Shown: positions 31,701 to 44,414 of the stretch, in pieces
Position numbering within the stretch: the stretch's first letter is position 1
Layout of the letters: the number at the start of each line of letters is the position of its first letter
Assembly: GCF_052425735.1 (NCBI RefSeq)
Contig: NC_135761.1
Location: forward strand, 30,380,001 to 30,444,000
DNA: 64,000 bases
Reading direction: 5' to 3'
Source of the DNA: Oculina patagonica
Lineage: Eukaryota
Position numbers and translations under genes: made by a program
The notes under the pieces: generated by a model
What the model was told of the DNA's origin: nothing
Databases searched by the model: none
What the model saw: only the letters and a program-made list of their open reading frames with translations

Positions 31701-34700
31701 GGCCATGCCCTTTACAATTCAATTAATGTTCAACTTCAAATAATCCACTCCTTATTTATAACACCCCCCTCCCCCCTCCTCCCCAACCCAGAGCTTCGCG
31801 AGGCCCTGCGAGTCACGTATTACTCAATCTCGAGCCCAGAGTGTCTCCCGGCTCCGCGGTCCGTCAGCGGTTGGTCAGCGGTAGGGTCGCCGGTACACAC
31901 CATCCTATACCGCTGACCGACTAGATGGACTCTGGGCTCGAGATTGCGTATTACTAGTATGGACTGAATGTAGTTCTATGACAACTCATACACTCACCTC
32001 TTGGGGTAACAATTCTTACGGCATTGCTACCCTAAAAAGAAAAAAAAAGTAACTTGTTATTTAGCTTCTGATAGGGATTTTTAAAAAGAAACTTGAAATG
32101 GCGACATACTGCTTAACCCTTTAACCGTTTTTTTGTTGTGGGCTTTTCTATGAAGGTTTGTTGTCACTGGTATTAGGAGCATAGCAAACAGTTGAAAGCA
32201 TGGTAAACTATATACGGTTTTTAAGAGCACAGAATGTACTTTCCGCTGTTGATGAGATTTCGATTGACAGGTGAACCCCTATGGAGTTATGACGTCATAA
32301 ATGTACATTTTTGGTAATATTTAACCTATGAGAGTTAATTATTTGTAGTTAAACAATCAAGAGAACAAGTGCTAGGAGCTTTTTGGGGCTAAAATATGTA
32401 ATAACAGTCTGTAACAGACTGACTGACAAAGTTTCAGTTAAATAGATAAAATTGTTTGCAAGTATGACAACTTTGAAGTTGGCAGGTTTTCACCCTTTAT
32501 TTTGCATTTTTCACTAATATGCAAGATCACAAAGTTGGTTTGAACACAATCAGTTAATTTTAAATGGTCTCTTCCATATCATAGTTCTTTTGAAAGAGCA
32601 ATATCTTCTCATACTTAAGAATACCTGATCAACTTTTAAAACTTCATTATTTTTTCATAGCGCGTATGTCAAGTCATCGTTCGCCGGCGAACGATAACTA
32701 GAAGAAAAAGCGTAAAAGGGTTAATAAGGTACGATCAGTTAACAAAAGCAGTTTCACAACATTGCCATATTTCTTATACATTATTCCAAATATTTAATAA
32801 ACAAATCTATAACTGAAGATTTATTCATGTCATACTCACAAACTCAACAACATATAGAATGTTATGATCCGTGTCAAAGTACACTCCCTCAGGGTAATTA
32901 AACCTCGCTTCTTTTCCAACACCGTCCTTGAATCCTTCTCTTCCACCGCCAGCAAGCGTTTTTACTTTACCTAGAATAAGAACATTAACCGTTACTCATG
33001 TAGCAAGCCGTGCTTACAAACGAAGGGAAACGAATGGAAACGAAGGGACACGAATGCAAACGAACGCAAACGGACGCGTGCGAACACACGTGAATGCAAA
33101 CTAGCGTACACGAATAGAAACGGAGGCACGTCAACGGCCCAACGTACGTGTACGGACAATGTTGACTGGGTGGAAAGTTCTAACTCTAGATTAACACGTT
33201 GCTAATCTGTACCAAATTTGTAGAGACATAATTTGCAGAACACATCGTCCAAAACACATGCAACTAATCAACAATCAAAGTCTATTTTAAAAATACAGTA
33301 AAAAAATAAATCGCAATTTACCAGTATTTATGTCCACCGTCCGTATGACATGGTTATACTGGGAAGAATAAAATAGAAACATCAGAACACAAAAAGATAA
33401 GGAAACTTAACCACTGAACACGTACGAAAATTAACAGTCTTTGTTAACATCTAAAGTACATCATCTTATCATGCTTATGTCAATATACCAGGCTGTTACA
33501 TCTTATTCAGTTGGCCCCCGCATAAAACACCATCCAGTCCTAAGGGGACAGACCATGAAAATATCTCAGTAATTGCCGTAACCGTTCATCAGTAGGATGC
33601 CTAAAATGCGTGCAATTCCACAATTGGTTTCGACGCCATTAAACCCTATACCAATTCAGGCCCGTAGGAAAGGGGGTTGCGTCGGGTGTGTCCGCACACC
33701 CCCTTCCCCACGAGCCTTGGAACTCCGCTCATTGTGAAAAAAATATCGAAATAAATAAATAAAGGGAAATAGTATTTCTATACTTCGACTATTTACATTT
33801 AATATGGCCCTTTGATTCGTGTAGTATATCATGATTTTGGACCAAATACTGTGATTCTAGGTTAATTTCAACGATACGTTGTCATTAAGTTGGAATTTCC
33901 ATAAATATTCCCAGATGCTACCAAAAGAGAGAAGAATGAGTACTTCTTGGGCTCAGAAAACGGTACTCAGTATTTAAATGTAGTTCCTTGACAAATCCGT
34001 TATAAAATGGACCGAAGCGAACAAACGATAAAAAGAGAAAGGCGGCAGCCAGATCATGTCAATCCATTGACAATTTTGTCCGTAAAATGTCACGCACGGG
34101 GGAAGAAATTGATTTCGCTGGGAGCTGTTCTATTTCTAAAAATACGTTTTGAATTCAAAAATGCACTAGAATTATTGTTGTTGCTACGTTCATTTTTACC
34201 TGCCTTGTTTCCTAACAAACTGTCTTCAAAACGCACGAACTGCTGTCTCAGATAACCTATTTTTTGAAAATGATGTTACGTTCCATTGCCTGCGTCGCTC
34301 AAGATTCCGCGCCAGAGGCGCTCATGCGCACCTCCCGGCCCCATACAAAAACCTGGCTACGGGCCTGCAATTGCAGAACATTTTATGAGGAGCCACCCAC
34401 GATGTGAGCACAGTTACAGACAAGACAAGTGGATAGCTTCCTCTGTTTGGCCAACAGTTTCCACTGCATAGCAGTTTATCAACTGGATAGCGTTATCCAC
34501 CCTTTGAACAACTGGGGCCTGAACAAGCCTAAGATACTGAGGCATACCACGGCATAAAAAGAAGCTAAAGAAAGGAAAGTAAGCAAGAACGCAAGGCCCG
34601 GTAACGCGGACAACATTTCCGTGTTGCAAGTTGCGGCAACATGTTACGCAAAGTGGACATGAGTTTAACTTTGTGCGACATGTTGCTGCAACTTACAACA

Positions 34701-37700
34701 CGAGAGCTAATACGCCCAATGACACTTTTCAACTTTCAAGGTAACATTTTTGCTTGACAAGTTACGAGAAAATGTTGTCTGAATTACTGGGTCTTTAACT
34801 ATCCAAGCATTATTGGTTAAAAATAAAAAGGTACTTAGTCCCGTACATGATCAGCCACGTATAATATCCCAGAATTCACGTCAAGCGAGATCCCTGTTGG
34901 ATGGTAAAATTTAGCCTCTTTTCCGATACCATCTGCAAGCCCCTGGCTACCCCCGACAAATGTTGTAACTTTTCCTGTTAAAAGAAAATGAACGGCCCAA
35001 GTTAGCTGCAGTAAAAACCCACAGTAGTGTCTAAAGCGATAAAATGAACGACGGAGGCACAACCTAAAACGACAGAAAGCAAGCCAACAAAATAAACGAA
35101 CGTTCGGGTGAGTTGAAGAACGTCCGAACGAGCTTTCGACCGAACGAACAAACGAACATATATTAATAATATTAATAATATTATTATTAATATTAATATT
35201 ATAAGCTACTCTAAAATTCGAGAGAAAATAAAGTTTATGTTATGTTATATTTCTATCAACGTACCGTCGGACAACGAAATTATCCTTATTGCATGATTAT
35301 CCTGTGAAGAATAAACATCATATTTTAATGAAATAATTATTTCTCCCTATTTTTCTGAACGATATTGTCAGACAACTTCAAAATTGAAAATGCTTGAAAA
35401 GCAAAAACGTCTGGCACCAATACCCTCTGTATTATCTTACTGAAATTTGCGTTTGAGAAATTATTACGCAGTAGAATGAAAAGCTGAAAAAAAAACAGGC
35501 TTTTCGAATGTGACTGACCGTATCACTGACAAACAGCCTCCTTTTCATGCTATCAATTTCAAGTTGTTGGGGATTGGACATCTTGGCTTTGATTCCTACG
35601 TCATCATGGAACCCAGACTCCCCACTTCCAGCAAACGACGTTACTTGAGCTGAAATGACAAGGTTTTTTTAAGGTTCAGCAGTTTTGTTATAACAATTAG
35701 CTAGCTATTCACCCAAAGGCGGTAAATAAAAGGAAACGTAGCTGAACAAGACACACCTGTTTTGAGATCGATTTTCCTTATCCGGACATTTCCCTGTTTT
35801 ATCAACAAAAGAAACAGTCATATAAATCAGCCAACTCTAAAGCCCCGGCTAAACGATCAAACATTTTCGTCCAACATCATGTTGGAATAGCATGTTTGAC
35901 CGTTTAGGCGCCTCTCTCAATATTGCATTTAACTGGTTTCCCATATTTGATTTAGATCAAACATTTTCATCCAACATTTTGTTTCACAAGCAAATGTTTA
36001 ATTTGATCGTTTAGCCCCCAGGCCCCCTCTGCATTCAAAGTAAACCAAAGCGGGAAAAAATTCAACCAATCAGAAACGTTTCTATGTAACGTTTCAGCGG
36101 TAATACACACAAAGCGTTATGTGGGCTCACTTTTTGTTCGATGTTTAACAGAGGCAGCGGAGCGTTTTGGAAATTGGGGGGGGGGGGGTAAGACTGTCCC
36201 AAAAATACTCGGAAGGAGCAACTTTTTTCCGTTCTAACAACTTTTTGTTTTCTTAGGAGTATCTAGACGGAAGCTTTCCGAAGGTTCTCCGATTGTTGTT
36301 CGAAGGCCATACGAACCTTTCCGATCGATTTTTGAACTTTTCAGAAGATAAACGAAGTTTCCCGAAGACTTCCAAGGAAATTTTGAAGATGTTTAAACTC
36401 ACTCACGAGACGGAATATCTTGACGAACCAATTTTACGCTGCGCTCGCGACACCAAAACGTGGAAGGGCTGAGCCTTCCAAATGCCTATGTTTAATCACC
36501 CCATGTATGCGCGACAAACACGATGTTGGATGAAATTGTCTGATCGTTTAGCCGGGGCTTTGATAATTGTAATGTCGTATATTGTAAAGCGTTTGCTAAG
36601 GCTATGGATACATGGAAGCGGGCTTTATTCAACGCTGAATTTCCTCCGAATTTAAAAGAAAAGTTTATAGCTTTTTAAATCTGTTTTTGGTGGCCTATTG
36701 CCGTGTTCGAGTAGCAACATGACTTGTTACTATGACGTGTCAGCGACACGCCCCTACCCAAAAAGAGACCACAGCTGGAAAGCCAGAAATCAATCGAACG
36801 GAGAGATTATCCCTCTGTATTTGCAGAAGCCCGAGATTAAACCTTTTACAGTACACCGCTCAGAAGCTTTTTTCTATATCTACTTCACTTCGAAATAGAC
36901 ACAAATATCACAAAAACTGGCATTCAATTGTTTACAGCCAACTCTCTCTTAACGTACACCTCTTTTAGACGGACACCTGGTGTTGGTCCCGTCTCCGCCG
37001 TTTTTCAGCCATTTTACTGTAACTTAACTCCCTATAAGACGGACACCTCTCTAAAACGGACAGTTGGAGCCAGTCCCGACGGTTACCGTTTTAGAGAGAG
37101 TTGACTGTATAAGTAATCGGGCTTTTTCTGGTCGGTTAATTTTAACTTTTATTTTATTGTACGTTTGTAAAAACAACACTCACGCTGTCTGCCACATATA
37201 AAACCTTTTCTACTTGATCGATAGCCATTCCTGTAAGTAAGTGACACAAATTACTAGAAGTTCAATACGAAATGATAAAATAACGAGAAATCGCTTTATT
37301 TAAGTGTCGAGAACCTCTCGTAGACGCCGTCGTTCTTTTTTTTCACAGCTAGAGAACATCTGACACATCGAGTGACTTTCTTGTCTTTGTTAAATCAATC
37401 ATGATAATCATATAACTTTTCATACTTCTTCTTCGAAAAAATCTTCCCACCAGTAGTTTAAAACAGTTTATTATTGTGTAGCTACGCGTATGTATTGATT
37501 AAGTTTTCTATTCAGTGTCGTAAAACCAAAACCAAAGTAGTCATTCTGGCCAATCACAAACGCAACACAGACAATCCAGTGAACCAATCAAAACTCAAAT
37601 ACATGTAGCCGGCACGAAGTGCGGGAAAACGTGCGCGAGCGAATCACGATTGGTTTTGGTTTTACTTCTGATTGGTTTAGAAAGTGGCGCGAGTTTTTAA

Positions 37701-40700
37701 ACCAATCAATTAAAACGTAGAAATGCAAAACTAAAGAAAATGCGAATTACTTTCGACTCTCAATAGAAAACCAGTTTTATGTTACGCTAAAGTTGACTGT
37801 TTTTGTCACCTGATGTATGATGAAACTTCGCTTCCCCGCCTTTTCCATCTTTGTATCCTTGAGCGCCTCCGGCAAGAGTCGTCACTCGGCCTATAGCGCG
37901 AAAAGAAAGTTCACGTTTCTACTTACTTTAATTCCTGCAGGTGAGCGTAAAATTTAAATGAGACATAAAACCTCATTTGTTTCCAAAGAAAATAGATTAC
38001 AATCATGCAGAAAATACGAAAAAAAGAGGAGTTACCAATTTTTCAAGCCTATAGTTCTGTTACATTACGACCTATTGCGCGGCCTCGCCCTCATCACCTC
38101 TGACAACAATGAAAAAAATTTGATATATTTTGTTCTTCCCCCAGCATGAGAAATGCATTGCGTTTACTACAACTGATTAATTAAAAATTTTCTTTCTCTT
38201 GATCTTTCCTGTTCGCAGAAAATATCAAGAAGGTCTTGTGATGGACAGAACGATAGCAGTTAAGCCGAGAAATTTTTGCACTTGAACAACTGTCAGTTAT
38301 GCAGGATAAGAGCAAATTGTCAACATTTCTTTCAAGGATTCGCGTTAAATTTTCTCTATAAAAAATTCTCACCTGTATTGACGTCGATTTTTCGTATACG
38401 ATCGTTGCTATGAACAGTTTCTGGACAGCCCTATAGAGTGATCGCACAGAAACACAATCTCAAACTATCATGGTCATTGATAACATTAATGAGGGAAATT
38501 CAAATAGTTAGATTACTCTGTTTAAAGACGGATTCCTAAGCAAGAATGGCTCTGAAGCTGGAAGTCTGGTTGTAAATTACGGATTTTGGTCTCAGTCAGG
38601 ATTTTCAGGAGAGACACGCCCAGATTGGTCTTTTCTAGGGCATTGCAACGAGCATACTCTTTCCTTTTTTGGAAGTCCCCCCTGGGAAACCGTGCGCGAG
38701 CAAGTCACGATTGGTTTTAGTTTTTCTTCTGATTGGATAAGTATTTGGCGCGAGTTTTTTAAACCAATCACTAAGCGTAGTACAGTGAAACCTCGATTTA
38801 ACGAACAGCCAAGGGACTGGGGAAATTTGTTCGTTATATCGAGGGTTCGTTATATCGAAAACCTCGATATAACGAATTTGCGGAAAAACAACCAAAATGT
38901 TCGTTATATCGAGGTATAGTTAATAATTGTTTTTAACGCTGTGACGTTGCACTACCCAGTATTTAATGATCTGAACTGTCTGAGCGCCTGTCAAAAATTA
39001 CATTTGTGCTTTAACGTTTAATTTCCACGTTGGTATGGGCATATGTCTTTGAAGTTGTTTTCCTGTTAGGATTAAAGTATTTTCATCCTTGTTGGTCTGT
39101 TTTACATTCATGTTTTGTCGTGTGTTAACTAAAATTCGTTATATCGAGGTACATTTTACGTTTGGGCTCCCGGATTGTGTTCGTTAAAACGAGGATTTCG
39201 TTATATGGAGGTTCGTTATATCGAGGTACTGCTCCATACATTTTACTGTAACTTTGGCCGGGCTGAAGAAAATCGTTCGTTATACCGAGGTCTTCGTTGT
39301 ATAGAGGTTCGTTAAATCGAGGTTCCACTGTAATGCAAAACCAAAGCAAATGCGAATTACTTTCGATAATCAAGTGAAAACGGCTCTAGTTAACTGTTTT
39401 TAGATCACTGTCAATAACCTTTGTTTGAGCTTTTTAATTTAAGGTGTCTTCCTACAGTTTTTTCTGGGCCATACCTACAATTTGCAATTGACCTTTTAGT
39501 GACCTTCCCTCACTCGGATCGATATGAAAATTACACCATTGGTTTTAGATTGAAGTTTGATTTAATAAACTTTTTAAGGTAATTAAAAATTCCATGGCAA
39601 CGTTAAACAGAAAACCGCCAAATGAGTAAATCCTGATTTTTGCGTGAATCAGATTTACCGCTAAAAAGCTAATTTAAACTATAAAGTACTGCAAATAAGA
39701 TATTCAAGAACTGAAAAATTCTGTATGTTTGATTTCGAATAAATCGCAAAAAGGTTTCAAATTGTACTTTTTGCATAGCGATAATAAATGGGCCGAGACA
39801 CAAACACTATGTTAACGAAGTACCGTATTTTCTCAAATAAACGCCCCCGGCGTTAATTTCAAACTTGGCTTAGTGGACCCGGCGTTTATTTGAAGCCGGC
39901 GTTTAATCGGGGCCCGGCGTTTATTTAAGGACTGTAATTTTCTGTCAATTTTTCAGATTGATTTACTGTTACCGATCTCCGAGACCAAGGGGCAGTTTGT
40001 CAAGGCGGGGCGATTTTTCTCTTCGTTTTGCCCTGAAAAAATTTCCCTGGGTCTCCAAAATTGATAATTATCCAAAGGTAATTAAGGTACATTACTGCGG
40101 ATAGGACACATTTATGTGTATCAAGATTTGTGACAAACAGAACATAAACGGTAAATGAACAATAAAGGAGGATGCAAGTAAAGGTTATGGGTACAAAGTT
40201 TTAAGTTCATAAACGGCGATGTCGCCAACGTCTCGGGGAGCTCTCATTTTTAAACGACCTCGTCCAACAATAAGCAAACGCTGAAGGGATATTTGAGAAA
40301 TCAACGACTGTGAGTGTGAGCACTAATATAAAATGCGTCAGTCATGAAGACAGGAACGCAAACTTTGCTAGGTTTTATTTTGTTGTGCAGCGTCCACCCT
40401 AGCTATGTAACGCGCGGACTTTCCCTTAATTTGAACGTTTATTGTAGTTTCCAAATCAACATACCGTACTAGTATGTCATAGGCAGCGCTGTCATTCAAG
40501 AGAGTATACCGGTATTTACTTGTTAGCCTGATCTCAAATAAACGCCGGGACCTCGAACAAACGCCCCCGGCGTTTATTTAAAAAATAGCAATTATGACCC
40601 GGCGTTTATACGAGGCCGGCGCTTAATCGGGGTCCGGCGTTTAATCGAGAAAATACGGTAATCTCAAATAACGTCAAAATATGTTACATTCTGTTTACCT

Positions 40701-41552
40701 ATCTTTAAAAGCAATCAGAAAAGTGACTAAAGTGACTTTAATTCAAATACCGTGACATAGCCCTTTTAATATATTTTTCCATACGTAAACTAATCTACAC
40801 ACTTACACAGTCAGCCACGTACAGCACATTTTCCTTGGGGTCAAACTCGATACCCCAGGGGTAATTAAACCGGGCATCTGTTCCTATGCCGTCCATCGTG
40901 GAAGCTTTGTCCACACAATTTGATTTTCCGCCATATGCATGGTGAGCCGCCTCTCCACCCCCGGCTACTGTCTTCACGACGCCTGAGGGAAGGGGTGAGA
41001 AAAAAAATCATTCGAATGCTATCCTTAGTTTCGGAAGTGAAGTTGTCTGAGAAATTACTTTTGGGAAAAATCGTTGTCACGGAGTGTCTATACGGACACT
41101 GTACGGTGTCCCGTGTACCAAACCCGGTAGTGCGTTACCAAGGATTGAGGCGTTGTGTGACAAAAATTACGTCGTCAAACTGAACAAATCTTGCTAAAAC
41201 ACAGGAATAGGTACCTCAAATGATAGATAATTGTCTTTCACTAACCATGTTTAGTCATAAAGCGCAAACTTAAGTGTTTCGCCGTATTTATGAACTCTTT
41301 AGTAGCGGCGTCTATTACAGTGCTGAAAGAACGCGAAACTGAAATTCGTAAATTACTACACAACCGCTAAATTTAATTTCTAAATACTGATTGTTTCATT
41401 GTGAGTCTCGCATGCGCGAAATTGTGAGATAAATCGATTTACTAGAAGTAAATATTAAACACATATTTATGTAAATACTTACCTGGTTCTTGTGCCAAAA
41501 CTCTTGTGTGTAGAAAAACTATCATTATTCCCAACTGAGCTGCGAACGCCAT
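28776..41552 (-). CDS. NHL-repeat type I membrane protein, paralog A (432 aa: signal peptide, 6 NHL blades, TM, short basic tail)
   Basis: 15 in-frame exons: 41552-41483, 40982-40807, 38430-38373, 37890-37810, 37230-37184, 35793-35757, 35649-35519, 35301-35265, 34974-34847, 33358-33322, 32970-32840, 32031-31998, 29779-29652, 29192-29129, 28915-28776. Repeats follow V.TlAG...G..DG.G..A.F..P.Gi..D....LYV.D..N..IR. TM segment YLFACFVFSVAFLIVIALWF, then RRSARYLLRTRLI*. Confidence 0.9.
31826..31946. mobile_element. Short MITE, 9-bp TSD
   Basis: CAATCTCGAGCCCAGAGT...ACTCTGGGCTCGAGATTG flanked by CGTATTACT twice. Confidence 0.8.
32117..32720. mobile_element. piggyBac-type non-autonomous element
   Basis: TTAA-CCCTTT...AAAGGG-TTAA; absent from the paralogous intron. 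Confidence 0.75.
33657..34367. mobile_element. TIR element with 5-bp TSD
   Basis: CAGGCCCGTAG...CTACGGGCCTG flanked by CAATT. Confidence 0.7.
35841..36559. mobile_element. Harbinger-like MITE
   Basis: AGCCCCGGCTAAACGATCA...TGATCGTTTAGCCGGGGCT; paralog B has the empty site near 52905. Confidence 0.75.
39823..40658. mobile_element. TA-flanked TIR element
   Basis: CCGTATTTTCTC...GAGAAAATACGG with subterminal CCGGCGTTTA repeats. Confidence 0.8.
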
Positions 41553-42752
41553 CTTCCTTGTGCCGTGATACGAGATTCCGTTGCATTCAATGTATTGTGT
41601 GACTTCGCGTCATGTTGTATGTGCAAAACCAACACAATTACATACCAGCAATACTCAAGTGTCACGTTTTGTTAATAAGCTTTTATATAGACAATAGTTT
41701 TCTTATACACAAGGGTTTTAAACTGAACTGCTTTATGCAAATGTTATTTAATTCTGACGTGATTTCCATAGCCAACTTTTTGACTATTTTCAGGATAACC
41801 GTGACATAACTGCGCATTCCTCATCCTCGGAGACCCAGGGGCAGTTAGTTGGGGTGTGGGAAACGCGAAGCTGTGGAGAAAAAATTCGGTATAGAAAAGT
41901 TGGAGCGATTGAAAGGTGCCCCTGGGGAAATAGTCTTACCAGGCCAGTTCCAGACAGCTCTCTGAATGCTGCCTCCTGATTGGGCAGAAAAAATCTTTTG
42001 TATTCCTTTTGTATTATTCTGCCCAATCGGCGGCCTGCGGGTCTACAGTTCTTTTTGTTTGTTCAGATCAGTTCGCTCGCTTTCTTGTCTCGAAAGGGAG
42101 AAATTGGCTAGTGCCTTCCAAGGTCGAAAATATAGGAAGGTTGACGGCCATGCCCGCGGTGAAATATGTCGGATGACAAGATGTCCGCACAGTCCCATAC
42201 ATTCTTTGTTAGGACCTTTGGGACTGCAACGCTTTGTTCAAGTCATTGCTTTGTTTTGCTAACTTTCCAAAAGTCAGAGTGTATTAAAGACTTAGAGAAA
42301 GTTTACGTTTTTTTGGCGATTTTGCTTCAAAAAAAAAGGTAAAATAATTCAAGACTTAAAAAAATTAAATAAACTTTTGCGTTTTCGCGTTCAAAACACG
42401 GAAAATCAAAAGCAAGAATCGCTGCTGCACGCTCTGCACGCGTAGCTAGTCGGCCGCTCGACACATCTGCCTGAATAGGCGTGAAAAATTTCTCGTGTTT
42501 GCAAAACGGTGAGGGTAAAGGAGGAAGAGTGGGAAGGAGGGAAGGTTTTGCTTCTGGCAGCGATTGATTTTCCCAACAAAACTGTAAACAACGATTTTCC
42601 CGACTTGCACATCACATACAAGCATAAGCTCGCAGACAGCACGCAAGTGTTAGGAAGGCACTGGCCGAAAATTTTTCTTCCCAAGCATGACCGAGCAAAA
42701 TCTTGTATATAATTCGTATTAGAACACACGAAAAGGACTGCAGACCTAAGAG

Positions 42753-42915
42753 AGCAGGGATGGCGCAGTGGTGAGAGCGCTCGCCTCGATTCCGGCCCGG
42801 TGTCATACGTGGGTTGAGTTTGTTGTTGGTTCTCGTCCTTTCTCGTCCTTTCTCCGGGTTCTCCGGTTTTCCTCCCTCCACAAAAACCAACACTTCCAAA
42901 TCAGTTCCAATTCGA
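42753..42915 (+). mobile_element. tRNA-derived SINE (family copies at ~24625-24747 and ~55606-55776 on -)
   Basis: A-box-like TGGCGCAGTGG head followed by shared body GTGGGTTGAGTTTGTTGTTGGTTCTCGTCCT in three copies. Confidence 0.75.
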
Positions 42916-43815
42916 TCAGGAATACACGGCCCCACAAGCTTAAAGCTTTAATCCTTACCGTGTAATAAGTTTTGATTTCGGTTTTCGTTTTCTCGTAAGC
43001 TAAACCTTCTTACAAATTCAAAAACTCATTGTTTTGGCAAAAACTGAGTTTCACCGAAAAAAAAAGTAAGAAAGAATATAAGAACTCTGTCTCAGATTTT
43101 AATGCCTTTTTAATTTCATACACTCTTTATACATTCTTGAGTATATCTTTTAACTACATTTTTACCTGAATCTGTATCAAAATACGTTAAAAATGTCTAT
43201 GGTATATACAGAAAAGTAGGAAAACAAAAAAGTAATGCATTTCTCACTACTCTAAATGCAACAAAAAAATATTATCAAACATTTGGTTTATAAAAGTTCA
43301 GATGTTCCACAGCCGCTGATAAAATATTTTTTGAAAAAAATAATAAAGGTAATTTATGTTTGGAACAGTTAACTTTAATTTATACTCAGTTGCCTGGGAA
43401 AATGATGCTAAGTTTTACCGGATCGTAAGACACGTGAAGACTGAGAAAACATAAAACCACCAAGTTCACTTTGTAGACCCTGGATCTACAACAGTAACTT
43501 AATGTGAGGATCTCTCAGCTTAATGCAACTGGAGACGTGTTTATAATGCCGTGAGCACGCTTTTTAGATAAACTTTACACACGTAAAAAGAAGCTGAAGA
43601 CCGTCAATCTTTGTCATTCTTCGTTTAGAGTGTATTTATCACACCTGCACTAACTGTGTCTCACACTCAGGTCCTCACAGCGAGGGAGATGCGAATGAAT
43701 ATTTTTGTGCTAGAATTGCGCAGTCCTAAATTCTGCTTTAAAGATCCTGTTTTTTCGGTCGTGTGGACGCTAAAAGGAGCTGGTGTAGAACATTCACTTG
43801 TAAAACCAACTATCC

Positions 43816-44123
43816 CTTATTATTATTCAACAGATGCGCGCGCTGCCCATATATGGTCAAAATGTTAACGATATCTGTCATCCGTAGATAACAGATAACC
43901 TGCGATATTCGTAGGTTGCGAAGATTCGTCCGAAATCTTGTAAAGCGCGGCACAATTACAGTTTTTCTATGTGCAAAATGTGTTTCGTTGACAATTTGTT
44001 GAATAATAAAACAATTATCCTGCTCAATCTTGCGGAATATCGTCTGATTTTAGCCAACTCGGCCTACGGCCTCGTCGGCTAAGTATCAGGCGATATTCCG
44101 CGCGATTTCGCAGGATAATTGTT
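43816..44123 (+). mobile_element. Insertion with asymmetric inverted repeat and 114-bp terminal hairpin
   Basis: TTATTATTCAACA at the left end; its complement TGTTGAATAATAA lies directly before hairpin 44010-44123. Paralog B has the empty site (~59675). Confidence 0.7.
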
Positions 44124-44414
44124 AAGTATTTGCACAGGTTAAAGGGACTGTATCACGGCTAAGTTAATTGTATGCAGGAGCCATAATCGGGGACGTTATT
44201 ACATTTTTCCAAATATTCGCTAAAAAAAGAAACTAAATGTTTGCAAAGAAATTAATTCTATGGATCTAAATGATAAAACCATAGCTTCATTGCAGCCAAA
44301 TGTGTCTCCCGGGCGTTATAATCTAAAGCTATAAGCAGACAAGATTAACTTTGAAAACTGTTCCGCCGGACCATATTTCAAAAACCCATATCGCAATCTG
44401 TTTCAATCTTCGTC

